A stretch of 63,975 nt of DNA, filler included, from Chiloscyllium plagiosum (Eukaryota): the NCBI RefSeq assembly GCF_004010195.1. It is 4 parts of one record of this genome, joined end to end, with 100 filler letters (N's around TTAATTAATTAA, not from the genome) between each part and the next. Parts side by side here need not be neighbours in the genome. Positions count along the whole stretch, not along the records: positions 1 to 27,994 come from NC_057712.1; 3 more parts are not named here. The stretch is one strand, 5' to 3'. Shown here one piece after another: positions 14,101 through 25,960 of the stretch (positions within the stretch are counted from its first letter, which is position 1; each line of letters begins with the position of its first letter). The notes under the pieces were generated by a model. The model was given only the letters and a program-made list of their open reading frames with translations, did no database searches and was not told where the DNA came from. Both the position numbers and the translations under genes were made by a program.

Positions 14101-14360
14101 CCGGGGCGACCGCAGACACATCTGTTGCTGCGGGGGTGGGGGGTCCCGCCTGTTGCAAACTTCGTGATCCTTTATCTTCAGTAATTTTAGAATGTACCAA
14201 ACTGCTAAAATTTGGTGCAAAATGATTATAGCAGTTAGGAAAAAGCTATTTTTAATAATTTAAAAAGTGAGGGGAGGGTAAGTCCCCATTTTGTCCTGGG
14301 TCCTGGGCAGAGCTCAGCATTTTCAGACCTACTGGGTTACCACCATCGCGAATCCCCCCC
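8145..14360 (-). mobile_element. Near full-length but inactivated L1-clade LINE (ORF1 plus ORF2 EN/RT)
   Basis: ORF1 remnants 13375-14200 (FQDFS...YSMRYPATL); EN motifs LLQETH and GGDFN; RT motifs SYRPIFLLNVDFKIL, RQGCPLSPLLF, YADD; C-terminal PKC..EVGTLTYCLWIC; A-rich 3' end; G-run 5' end at about 14360; imperfect TSD t(t/c)tg(t/c)ttctgtttt at 8131-8144 and 14361-14374. Confidence 0.93.
11548..12114. mobile_element. pogo/Tigger-like non-autonomous DNA transposon (MITE) inserted in L1 ORF2
   Basis: TIRs cagaggaacctcgattatctgaa and ttcggataatcgaggttccctg; TA on the left flank; internal attatccgaa subterminal repeats; no transposase. Confidence 0.85.
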
Positions 14361-14699
14361 TCTGCTTCTGTTTTAATCTTGTCTTTTGTAAACTAACATG
14401 GTGCCAGTGAATCAAGACTTTGTACACTTTTCACTGTACTTGAATATGCGTGACGATAAAATCTAAAGTGAAGTCTAAACTTGTCAACCGCAATACGTGG
14501 TCCATTATCTAACCCAAAACCATTCCCAATCAAACAAAAGCCTGTGTACTTCGGTAAAAGACAGAGTTGCAATTGAGACAAGAGGAATTGGCTGTCAGTG
14601 ATGACCAATCACAACAGCATTCAGGATTTGTGCAAAGTTTAATCTTAGAAATTCACATTAGTTCAAATGCAACCTGTAGGACTAAATTTGTATTTTGCT

Positions 14700-15205
14700 A
14701 ATGGGAAAGTACTTGGAATATTGTGTACAGTTCTGGTCACCACATTTTAGGAAGGATGTGGAAGCATTCGAAAGGGTGCAGAGGAGATTTACTAGGATGT
14801 TGCTTGGTATGGTGGGAAAGTCTTTTAAGGAAAGGCTGAGAGACTTGAGGCTGTTTTCATTTGAGAGAAGAAGGTTAAGAGGTGACTAAAGAGAAACATA
14901 CAAGATGATCAGAGGATTAGATAGGGTGGACACAGAGATTTTTTCCTTGGATGGTGATGGCTAGCAAAAGGGGACATAGATTTAAATTGAGGGGCGATAG
15001 ATAGGGTCAGAGATAGGTTCTTTACTCAGAGAATAGTAAGGGTGTGGAACGCCCTGCCTGCCACAGTAGTGGACTCACCAACTCGAAAGGCATTTAATTG
15101 GTCATTGAATAAACATATAGATGATAATGGAATAGTGTAGGTTAGATGGGCTTCTGATTGGTTTCATTGGTCAATGCAACATGTAATGCGTTGTAATGTT
15201 CTATG
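14700..15205 (+). mobile_element. CR1 3' fragment
   Basis: LEYCVQFWSPHFRKDV...ERRRLRGD followed by a CR1-type 3' UTR. Confidence 0.9.
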
Positions 15206-15433
15206 TATCATCAACTGCTGTTTGGAAGCAGTATTAAAAAAATCTGTGCTGCATCTGCATGCTGTCCTCAACCACCAGACTTTGTATTTTGCCTAGTTGT
15301 CAACACTAGGTTTAGAGATGATGGCAGCTACACAGTGTAACAAAACTGTGATGACAGTGGATAGATTTCTCGGCCTGAGAAAATATAAATCAATCAACTT
15401 CAACTGGGGTACCACCTCTTCATCCTATTACCA

Positions 15434-15631
15434 TGTTAAAAATGACAACACCAGGTTATAGTCCAATGGGTTTAATTGGAAGTACCAGCTTTCAGGTTGC
15501 TGCTTCTTAACTACCTGAAGGAGCAGCGCTCTGAAAGCTAGTGCTTCCAAATAAACCTGTTGGATTATAACATTGTGTTGTGTGATTTTTTTAAACTTTG
15601 TCCACCCCAGTTTAACACCAGCTCCTCCACA
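15434..15631. mobile_element. Short inverted-repeat PLE-derived insert, third hammerhead family (GGAGC stem, GAAAGCTA)
   Basis: 14-bp TSD tcatcctattacca at 15420-15433 and 15632-15645; inverted arms; degenerate core ctgaaggagcagcgctctgaaagcta. Confidence 0.65.
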
Positions 15632-15756
15632 TCATCCTATTACCAGATTTACTTCATTATGTACTTATTGCTTTTTAAAAGTCATTGTTGTTCCCCATTC
15701 CTCATGGTTCAGGCACTCCTGAAGAAACTCCCACTACCATGTATATTTTCAATAAA

Positions 15757-15860
15757 GCTGAAAAATGTGTTGCTGGAAAAGCGCAGCAGGTCAGGCAGCA
15801 TCCAAGGAACAGGAAAATCGACGTTTCGGGCATAAGCCCTTCTTCAGGAATGCTTCAGGA
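15757..15860 (-). mobile_element. Short PLE-terminus insert carrying a hammerhead motif
   Basis: 14-bp TSD atattttcaataaa at 15743-15756 and 15861-15874; minus-strand CTGAAGAAGGGCTTATGCCCGAAACGTC at 15820-15847. Confidence 0.85.
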
Positions 15861-16891
15861 ATATTTTCAATAAAACCAAACTGAGTATGTGTCATGACAT
15901 AGTGATTTTTAAATTACTTCATGACTCAAGCATGAACTAGCATGTTCAAGTATTGCACAAATGATGCTAGCAAGAGATATAGAACATAGAAGAATACAGC
16001 GCAGTACAGGCCCTTTGGCCCTCGATGTTGCGCCGATCCAAGCCCACCTAACCTACACTAGCCCACTATCCTTCATATGCCTATCCAATGCCCGCTTAAA
16101 TGCCCATAAAGAGGGAGAGTCCACCACTGCTAGTGGCAGGGCATTCCATGAACTCACGACTCTGTCTGTTGTTTTCTTCTTACAGGCTGCCTGCTAAAAT
16201 AATGCATAACATGATCATGCTTGTATGGAAAAGATACATATAAAAACAAAAATCAGTCATCATGATCAACTTGATCAATCTCAATAACTGCATGAGAAGA
16301 ATTCAGGCCCAAACAGCTGTCACTGCAAAAGGGCATATTCTGGAAAGAGAAAACAACATCGAAGCAGATCTTGGATGAAATGCATGAACAGGTTTGGTAT
16401 GTCTCACTGAGAGTCAATATTCTGAGTAATCACTGATGAATGCAAAGTCCCAACACACATTAATACAGATCAATATAGTCTTAAAAACTCCAATAAAACA
16501 CTGTGGTTGACAAATTTATATCTGAATTTCTACATTTGGTGAATGAGGAGGTTGTAATGTTTACACTATGTTCGAAGTTTATTAAATAATTACTGACAAA
16601 GCATGCTTATCTGCACTACAAACAGGTATTTTAAGAACATAAAACATAGCAGCGCAGGACAGGCCTTTCAGCACTCAAAGATGTGCCGACTTGTGAAACC
16701 AATCTGAAGTCCCTCTAACCTACATTATTCCATCATCATCCATATATTTATCCCATCTCCAATTAAATGCTCTTAAAGTTGGCAAGTCTACTCCTGTTGC
16801 AGACATGGCATTCCATGCACTTACTACTGTCTGAGCAAAGAACCTACCTCTGACATCTGTCCGACATCTATCACCCCTCAAGTTAAAGCTA

Positions 16892-19512
16892 AGTTAGTGA
16901 TTTTTGAAAAGATTTGTAGCTCAGGTTGAGGTTCTGGATGTAAGTTTGCTTGTTGAGCTGGAAGGTTTCTTTTGAGACATTTCATCACCGTACTAGGTAA
17001 CATCATCAGTGAGCCTCCAATGAAGCACCAGTGGTATGCCCCAATTTCTATATATGTGTTTAGCTTTCTTTGGGTGGGTGATATCATTTCCGGTTTTTCT
17101 TGTTAGAGGAATGTAGATGGGGTCCAAATCAATGTATTTATTGATGGAGTTCCAGTTGGAATACCATGATTCAAGGAATTCTCATGTGTCTCTCTCTTTG
17201 GTTTGTCCTAGGATGGATGTGTTGTCCCAGTCAAAGTGGTGCCCTTCTTCATCTGTACGTAAGGATTCTAGTGATAGTGGGTCATGTCTTTTTGTGGCTA
17301 GTTGATGTTCATGTATCCTGGTGGCATTGCTCTTCTCTTCGTGGTTCCTCAATGCTGCAGTGTGTGGTGGCTCATTGAAATGATGTCCTAATGCAGCTTC
17401 ATTTGTGGGTGTTGCCATGATTGCTTCTGTAGTTCAGTATTTGGTCTGCGTGTGTTGTTTTCCTGTAGACGCAGGTTTGAAATTCCCCATGGACTGTTTG
17501 CTCTACTGTGACATCTAGTAATGGCAGTTTATTGTTGTTCTCTTCTTTTGTGAATTTAATGCCAGTGAGGATATTATTGATGGTGTTGTAGGTTTCCTCT
17601 AATTTGTTTTGTTTGGTGATGACAAAAGTGTCATCCACGTAGCAGATCCAAAGTTTGGGTTGGATTGTTGGCAGAGCTGTTTGTTCAAGTCTCTGCATTA
17701 CTGCCTCTGCTGGGTCTCCTGATATTGATAATCCCACGGGTGTTCCATTGATTTGTTTGTAGGTCTTGTCATTGAATGTAAAGTGGGTGGTAAGGCATAG
17801 ATCCACTAGCTTGACGCTGCTACCTTTGCTGATGAAGTTGACGCTATCTGGTGTTTGTGTCCTTGGTTCTTTTAGTAGTATAGTCAGTGTTTCTTTGGTC
17901 AGGTTGATTTTAATGAATGTGAACAGCGCTGTTATGCCAAAGGAGACCATTATTTCATTCTCTTCTTAGTGTCTTTGATGGTGTTCGGGAATTCCTGCAT
18001 GAAGTGAATGGAGTGGCATGAGTCTTCTGCTAAGTGTTTCAGTCTTTGGTGTAATTCCTTGGCTATGTTGGTGTTCCAGGTAATGAGTTTATGGGCATGG
18101 GGAGGTGGGGGTGGGGTGCCTCCTAGTTTGTGTACTTCAGGTAATCCGCAGTTGGGTAGTCCGGATTACCTAAAGTACACACACCAGCAGGGCCCCCCAC
18201 ACCCATAGACTCACCACCTGAAACAACAACATACAGACTACCCAAGGAATTCCACCAAAGACTAAAACACTTATTAGAAAAGTTACACCACTCCATTCAC
18301 TCCACCAGGAACTCCTGAACTCCAAATAAACCAAGATAGAAGAGGATGAAATAATAGTCTCCTTTGACATAACAGCTCTGTTTGCATCCATTAACATCAA
18401 CCTGGCCAAAGAAACACTGACTACACTACCAGAAGAACCAAAGACACAAACATCAGACAGCGCCAACTTCATCAGCAAACAGCTGATGAACAAACAGCTC
18501 TCCCAATCAACCAGCCCAAACTTTGAGTCCGTTATGTGGATGACACCTTTGTCATCACCAAACAAAACAATTTAGAGGAAACCTGCAACACCATCAATAA
18601 TATTCTCACTGGCATTAAATTCACAAAAGAAAAACGAGAACAATAACAAACTGTCATTCCTAAATGTCACAGCAGAGCGAACAATCAATGGGGAACTTCA
18701 AACCTACGTCTACAGGAAAACAACACATACTGACCAAATACTGAACTACAGAAACAATCATTCCGACACCCACAGATGAAGCTACATTAGGACATTATTT
18801 AAATGAGCCACCACACACTGCAGCACCGAAGAACTACAAACAGCAGAAGAGGAAAACCTATGCAGCATATTCAAGAAGAATGGGTACTCAATAAACACAG
18901 TCCGCCAATGTCTCAGCAATAAACCCAAACAAGCAGACACAAAGTGCCCAGAAATCCTAGCCACTTTACCCCACATCAAAGGCACCTCAGAAATGATGTC
19001 CACAGTACTCAGACCTCTTAGCATCATGGTAGCCCACAAACCTACCAACACATTAAACAGCGGCTAATGAATTTAAAAAGACCCTATACAAACAAGCAAG
19101 ACAAATGTCATTTTCAAAATACCTTGCAAGGACTGTAACGAACACTACATCGGACAAACAGGCAGAAAACTAGCCACCAGGTTACATGAACATTAACTAT
19201 CCACAAAAAGAATGACCCACTCTCACTAGTATCCTTAAATACAGATGAAGAAGGACATCACTTTGACTGGGACAACACATCCATCGTAGGACAAGCCAAA
19301 CGGAGGCACACACGAGAATTCCTTGAAGCGTGGCATTCCAACCAGAACTCCATCAACAAACATTTCGATTTGGACCATACTCTGAGAAAAAGAACCGGAA
19401 ATTATATCAACCACCCAAAGAAAACTAAACGCATAAATAGAAAGCGGGACATACCACCAGTGCTTCACCGGAGGCTCACTGACGATGTTACCTAGTATGG
19501 TGTCAAAATGTC
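16892..19512. mobile_element. Inverted (head-to-head) dimer of a Penelope-like element (RT plus GIY-YIG) inserted in a CR1 fragment
   Basis: Left arm (minus) RT with SFGITALFT, GTPVG.SISG, WICYVDD; right arm (plus) with the same RT plus GIY-YIG-like NVIFKIPCKDCNEHYIGQTGRKL at about 19104-19172; 9-bp TSD ttaaagcta at 16883-16891 and 19513-19521; CR1 sequence resumes on both sides. Confidence 0.9.
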
Positions 19513-19521
19513 TTAAAGCTA

Positions 19522-20240
19522 TATCCCTTTTGCCAGCCATCACTATCCAAGGAAAAAGGCTCTCACTGTCCACTCCATCTAATCCCCTGATCATCTTGTA
19601 TGTCTCTATTAAGTCACCTCTTAACTACCTTCTCTCTAACAAAAGCAGCCTCAAGTCCCTCAGCCTTTCCACATAAGACCTTCCATCCTTACCAGGCAAC
19701 ATCCTGGTAAATCTCCTCTGCACTCTTGCCAATGCCTTCACATCCTTCCTATAATGTGGCAACCAGAACTTCACGCAATACTCCAAGTGCAGCTGCACCA
19801 GAGTTTTCTATAGCTGCAACATGACTTCATGGCTCCAAAACCCAATTTCTCAACCAATAAAAACTAACACACTGTATGACTTCTTAAGAGCCTTATAAAC
19901 TTGGGAGGCAACTTTCAGGGATCTATGTACATGGACACAGAGAACTCTCTGCTTATCCACACTGCCAAGAGTCTTACCATTAGTCCAGTACTCTGTATTC
20001 CTGTTACTCCTTCCAAAGTGAATCAGCTCACACTTTTCCACATTAAACTCCATTTGCCACCTCTCAGTCTGCAGCTATGTCTCTCTGTAACTTGCAACAT
20101 CCTTTGGCACTTCCCACAACTCCACCTGTCATCTGCAAATTTACTAACCTTTCCTTCTACCCTCTCATCCAGGTCATTTATAAAAATGATAAATAGCAGT
20201 AGCCCCAAAACAGATCCTTGTGGTACACCACTAGTAACTA
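19522..20240 (-). mobile_element. CR1 RT/3' fragment (continues at 16635-16882)
   Basis: [24 protein letters not shown] motifs. Confidence 0.9.
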
Positions 20241-23097
20241 TTGGTGCAAATGGTCTAACTGCTGCCAAAATAAGCTGTGGCTAGTCAGCAATTTCAACAT
20301 AACAAATGTAAGAACATGATCTTATTAGGATCTAAGCTGATGATAATATTGGTCAGATCGCAGAGTAAAATTTGGGTTGGTAGATCATAACTTAGATTAG
20401 AGGAGATCAGATACTAAACATATTTACAAAAGGCTGCCAATGTATTTTTAGCAAAAGAAAATCATGAACTATATGAGCACTATCAGAATAATTTCATTAC
20501 AAACATCAGAAAGAAACATTCATTCATTTTATCTCAGTAATAGCCTCAGAGACACTCAAACCTCAGCGAGGAGTCAACTAGCACAGCGGTAACCAGTTTC
20601 TTTTTAGCAAATTTCTTCACATTCACAAGATACTGTTTTCTTAGTTTCTTCAAAATCTCTCCCTAAACTCTTAAAACAAACTCCTCACTCAGTTCAACAG
20701 GCTTCGAGGTAGTTTTCCTCTTTGACAACTCCACAACTTTTGTTTCTGAAGCACTCTTTTCACTGAGTTAGGAATACTCCCCAGACCTGACTACTTGGAA
20801 ATTCCTAATAACTGCAACTTTATTGTTACGTCTCTTCTCTCTTAATGAATTTGCTTCTGGCTCTCTCTTCTGCTGGTTGTAAAACTCAAGTCAGTAAACA
20901 ACTTAGCAATTGATTTCTCTAGGTGGCTTGTTGGTTATTAGTTAAAACCATATGACTTTATGTAAATGCTGTTTTTAACTCAATGTTCAAAATTACTTTC
21001 TAATTGTCAGAAAAAGACCTTCATAGAACTAAAAACCAAAATCCATTTTTCCTTCACTTTAAAATATAAATTCCCAAATAATAATGAATTATGAATCTTC
21101 ATCACAATAACGAGAGATAAAAACAGGAGAAGGCCATTCAGCTCTATGAGCCAACTGCACCAATGAGACCATGTTGGTGTTGTACTTCAACACTTCTTAC
21201 CTGGACCATCCTCATATTGTCAATATTTTAAAATGTACCACATATCAGGGGATCTGATATTTCACATCAGATACGTTGTATCATCACATGTTCTACCACC
21301 CAAACTCATTACCTTGCATTCCAAGGAAGAACATTTGCTTTATAGCCAGAGTTAAAAAGATACACATCTTGCACCCAATTCCACATTGCTCACAGACTAT
21401 GATGAAAGAAGCGGAGGAAATCAGAAAATATGTGTTGCTTATGTCATCAGGGTTTTCACTGCTCTTCTAAAGTTATGATGAACCTTGGACTCCCTGATAC
21501 AACTTACATATCAATCACAATTGAAATTCTCTCAGACTGCCAAGTACCTGTCCATAAATGAGAATGGGAATCATTTGACTACACATGCCCCACATGCACG
21601 CACAGAAGATATTAGACCTTGACCTTAGGGGAATGGTCAAAAATAAATGGCAAGTTCAAATTCCAAATAAAAACAGAAATTGCTGGAAAATCTCAGCAGG
21701 TCTGGCAGTATTTCTGGAAAGAAATCCAAATTAACTTTTTGGGTCTCGTGACCCTTCTTCAGAACTAGACCTGAAACCTAACCAGTAACCGGAGGAAATA
21801 AAGGCATATTTTGTCAGAGGTTTTAGTCTGGCACTCATTACATCAATTCTTAACAATACCAATAAAGAAAACCAACATTTATGCTGCAACAATTAAGAGT
21901 GCTAATTAGTTGAAAGTGCACTCTGATTCATAGAGGGAGTGCTATGGAAAATGCATTGGTTATTGGTGATTGACTGATAACTGCCAGGTTTTGTTCCAAT
22001 TTTAAACCAGGTGGGCTCACATTGATTGGTTAGAACATTAGTCAGAGAAATGAACCAGCAAATGACTGTGATCTATTACGTTGACTTGAAACTGCATGTG
22101 TCCTTTCTGTCTGCAAAGAAGCGCCCAGTCTATTAATGTATGTATCTTATAGTACATGCAAGTGCTTAATCTGCAAGACCAACCAACAATCCAAAATTGT
22201 TGTCAGTGTAATTCTTTGCATACTCTGGTTTATCCAGCAAATATTGTCCGATTGCAGAATCACACCTAACATTGGACACTGTGTTGAATGCTTTGCACAA
22301 TCAGATTAGTTGATATGGTTTAGAAATCTATTTCTTTCTTGTGGTAGTTACTTCACTTCCACAGCATTCTGTAGTAGAAAATTCCACAGATTCACCACTC
22401 TTTGAATGAAGAAACTTCTTATCTCAATCCAAGTTTCTTGAAACTGTGACCACAGGTTCTGGATCATGACAGACAGGGGAAAACGTCATTCCTGAATTCA
22501 GTCCATCTAGAATTGTCAAAGTATTTAATGAGATTCTCTCTCATTCATGTAAACTCCAGTGAAAACAGGCCGAGTTGCCCTAATCTTTCTTCATATAACA
22601 AATCTGCCACCCCAGGAATCAGTCTGTTGAACCTTCACTGCACATCCTCTGCAGCAAGTATGAGATCTATGCAGAAATCACTTATGTGCTGAACCTCTCT
22701 AGCAAAGAAGGCCAACATATCATTTCACTTGCTTGCTTCACTTATAGGCTTGTTTTTAACCCGTGCACGAATACACCAGAGTCCCTTTGTATATCAGCCT
22801 TCCCCAATATATCATATTTCAATAATAAGCTGTATTGTAAGGACTAGATCTTTATATTTTTCTGCATCACTGATGACAATTGAAATGGGAATAGGACTGT
22901 TCTGAAAACCAAGCGTTGTGTAAAGACTTACTGCTCTTTTTGAAAAGCATGTTACTGATTCCTGGTGAAGGGCTTATGCCTGCTCATCGGATGTTGCCTG
23001 ACCTGTTGTGCATTTTCTCGGCTACTGATTACTAAGCACTGTTTACGTTGTTATTTATTCAACCAGGCCAGGACAGAGAAAAGCCAAAACCAAAATT

Positions 23098-23412
23098 TCA
23101 CAGAATCCTTACAGTGTGAAAACAGGCCCTTTGGCACAACAGGTCCACACCAACCCTCTGAAGAGTAACCCACCCAGACTCAATCCCCTACTCTATTATG
23201 CTATATTTACCCCTAACTAATGCACCTAACCTACACACCCACCCCCCCCTCCAAACAGCACGGGCAATTTAGCACAGCCAATCCACCCTAACTTGCACAT
23301 ATTTGGATTGTGGGGAGAAACCGGAGCACCCAGAGGAAATCCATGCAGACATGGAGAGAATGTGCAAACTCCACACAGACAGTCAGCCAAGGCTGGAATC
23401 AAACCCGGGTCC
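23098..23412 (-). mobile_element. HE1/V-SINE
   Basis: Reverse complement of B-box-like gggtttgattcc, V-domain and CR1-like tail. Confidence 0.85.
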
Positions 23413-23569
23413 CCATGCTACAGGACTGCAGATGCTGTAAATGAAAGACAAAAATAGAAATTACTGGAAAAGCTCAGCAGGTCTGGCATCATTTGTGGAG
23501 AACAATCAGAGTTAACGCTTCGGTTAAATGACCTTCCTCAAAACCGCCGATCATCCGCCGACATTTCCG

Positions 23570-23946
23570 CCACCTCCAAACAGACCCCACCACCAGGGAT
23601 ATATTTCCCTCCCCACCCCTCTCCGCCTCCAAACAGACCCCACCACCAGGGATATATTTCCCTCCCCACCCCTCTCCGCCTCCAAACAGACCCCACCACC
23701 AGGGATATATTTCCCTCCCCACCCCTCTCCGCCTCCAAACAGACCCCACCACCAGGGATATATTTCCCTCCCCACCCCTCTCCGCCTCCAAACAGACCCC
23801 ACCACCAGGGATATATTTCCCTCCCCACCCCTCTCCGCCTCCAAACAGACCCCACCACCAGGGATATATTTCCCTCCCCACCCCTCTCCGCCTCCAAACA
23901 GACCCCACCACCAGGGATATATTTCCCTCCCCACCCCTCTCCGCCT
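23570..23946 (+). repeat. Minisatellite, about 7 near-identical 53-bp units
   Basis: Unit ccgcctccaaacagaccccaccaccagggatatatttccctccccacccctct; cagaccccac recurs at 23581, 23634, 23687, 23740, 23793, 23846 and 23899. Confidence 0.97.
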
Positions 23947-24088
23947 TCCGCAAAGACCGTTCCCCCCGTGACTACCTGGTCAGGTCTCATCTCCTTCCCC
24001 ACTGACCTATTGTATTCTATGCTACTCTATCCCCACCCCACCCTCCTCTAGCTTATCTTTCCACGCTTCAGTCTCTCTGCCTTTATTC

Positions 24089-24116
24089 CTGATGAAGGGC
24101 TTTTGCCCGAAACGTC
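24089..24116 (+). ncRNA. Minimal hammerhead ribozyme motif (PLE-associated)
   Basis: CTGATGA-A-GGGC-TTTT-GCCC-GAAAC-GTC: catalytic core boxes, 4-bp stem II and palindromic stem III ACGT. Related copies at 28237-28264, 36965-36992, 50555-50582, 54234-54261 and 15820-15847 (-). Confidence 0.75.
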
Positions 24117-24364
24117 GATTTTGCCTGTCCTCGGATGCTGCCTGAATTGCTGTGCTCTTCCAGCACCACTGATCCAGAATCTGGTTTCCAGCATCTGCAG
24201 TCATTGGTTTTACCTTCCTCAAAACCAGTTCTACCCACAATAATAAGAATTAAGAGCAGTAGAAAACGGGTAGGCTCTACTGATGCAACCCATATAACAT
24301 GATAATGTGTCAAGGAATATTGGAGAATGGGTGACAGTGTTAAAAGCAATCCATGTCACAACAG

Positions 24365-24599
24365 GATAAAAGCAAATTACTGCGGATGCTGGAATCTGAA
24401 AACAAAAAGAGAAAATGCTGGAAAATCTCAGCAGCTCTGGCAGCATCTGTAAAGAGAGAAAAGAGTTGACGTTTCAAGTCTAACTGACCCTTTGTCAAAG
24501 CTTTGACAAAGGGTCAGTTAGACTCAAAATGTCAGCTCTTTTCTCTCCTTACAAATGCTGCCAGACCTGCTGAGATTTTCCACATTTTCTCTTTTTGTT
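24365..24599. mobile_element. Palindromic short insert centred on AAGCTT
   Basis: 15-bp TSD tccatgtcacaacag at 24350-24364 and 24600-24614; long inverted arms around gaccctttgtcaaag|ctttgacaaagggtc (centre 24500/24501). Confidence 0.85.
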
Positions 24600-25529
24600 T
24601 CCATGTCACAACAGAACCAGATTTGGAGTGGTTAAAAAGCATGGAAGATGGAATAGGATTCCAAAGTTTCTGAAATCAGTGTTGCATCCTAGGGGCTGCA
24701 GGGACCCCAAGCAGAAAATGAGATGGTGTTCTTACTGGTTGCAGAGGCTCGCTGGAGCACAGTAGCAAACCTGCAACAGAAACTGCCAGCACCCGTAACC
24801 TCGTTAACATACCACTCTCACATCTCTCTCTTTGGATTCCATCTACAACTCCCCATTATTGTGGCTTCAGCTTAACTATCACGTTTTCCTAACTGCTAAC
24901 AGTTCTGATGAAGAGTCACCAGATTCAAAACGTTAACTCTGCTTTCTTCCCACAGAAGCTACCAGACCTGTTGAGTATCTCCAGCAATTTTTGTTTTTGT
25001 TTCAGGCTTCCAGCATCCACAGTTTCTTGCTTTATTTTAGTGTACAAAATGACATGTTAACAATTGCTCACTATGCCACAGTCCAATGACAAAGACTTTC
25101 CACTTGTGAAAAATCTATGATTGGCTCCCAAGGAGCTGAATAGCTTCGTGGTGTGAAAGTTTGGTTTGAAGTCATTAGTCCTCTGGAAAGGGAAGCTACT
25201 GTCCTTTCTTTTGAAGTATAAAATGCCTCAGTTGGAAGAAAGCCAGTTTTCTTTTCCCCCATTTGTTGCTATCAGCTATGGCTTTTAGCCAACAGGTCAC
25301 ATACTTGATAAGTTGTGAACCAGTCACCCTCTTCCTCCTGCAAGCAAGAGAAATTACGCAAAGAAAGAAGGTCAAGGAACAGGAAGTCCTAACAAGCCAA
25401 AAGGATCAATTCAGCAAACCCTAGGGGCAGGGATCATTGAAATGCCTTGAATCTTTTCCTTCACCCACAACACACTGTGTGTGCAGGGCAAGTTTTATAA
25501 GGCGATTAGTTTTAACATGTAGCAATCTG

Positions 25530-25960
25530 TATATTTGCAGATGACATTAAGCTAGAGAAAGTAGTGAGTTCTGAAAATGACACTGTGTAACTTCAGAAGG
25601 ACAGTGGCTAGTTGGCCAAATGTTGAGATACCTGGCAGATGCGTTTTAATGCAGAGAAATGTGAGGTAATGCATTTTGGTAGAAGAAATACAGAGAGACA
25701 ATACAGGGTCAATGGTACAAATTGGAGAGGAGTACAGGAGCAGAGGGACCTCGGGGCTTACATGCATTATTCTCTGAAGGTGGCCAGGCAAATTGAAACA
25801 GTAAAGAAGGCTTATGGGATTCTTGAGTTTCTAAATAGAGGAAGAGAGTATAAAAGCAAGGAAGCAATGCTACACCTCTACAATTATTGGTCAGGTCACA
25901 TTTGGAGTAGTGTGTTCAATGCTGGCCACTTCATTTAAGGAAGGATGTTAAAGCTCTGGA
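25530..25960 (+). mobile_element. CR1 RT fragment interrupted by L1
   Basis: FADD-like tttgcagatgac, then FNAEKCEVMHFG...QRDLG. Confidence 0.85.

Larger units (their letters stand above)
23546..24211 (+). mobile_element. PLE (Neptune-like) 3' fragment with internal tandem expansion and hammerhead motif
   Basis: 15-bp TSD accttcctcaaaacc at 23531-23545 and 24212-24226; hammerhead core at 24089-24116. Confidence 0.85.

Noticed and set aside
16186..16396. Plus-strand acceptor/donor pair suggesting an exon
   Set aside because: Stop codons occur in all three frames and no homology was recognised.
23570..23946. CRISPR-like array, or proline/glycine-rich ORFs
   Set aside because: The units are contiguous and identical with no unique spacers, and the context is eukaryotic. 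The ORFs are by-products of a stop-free 53-bp repeat.
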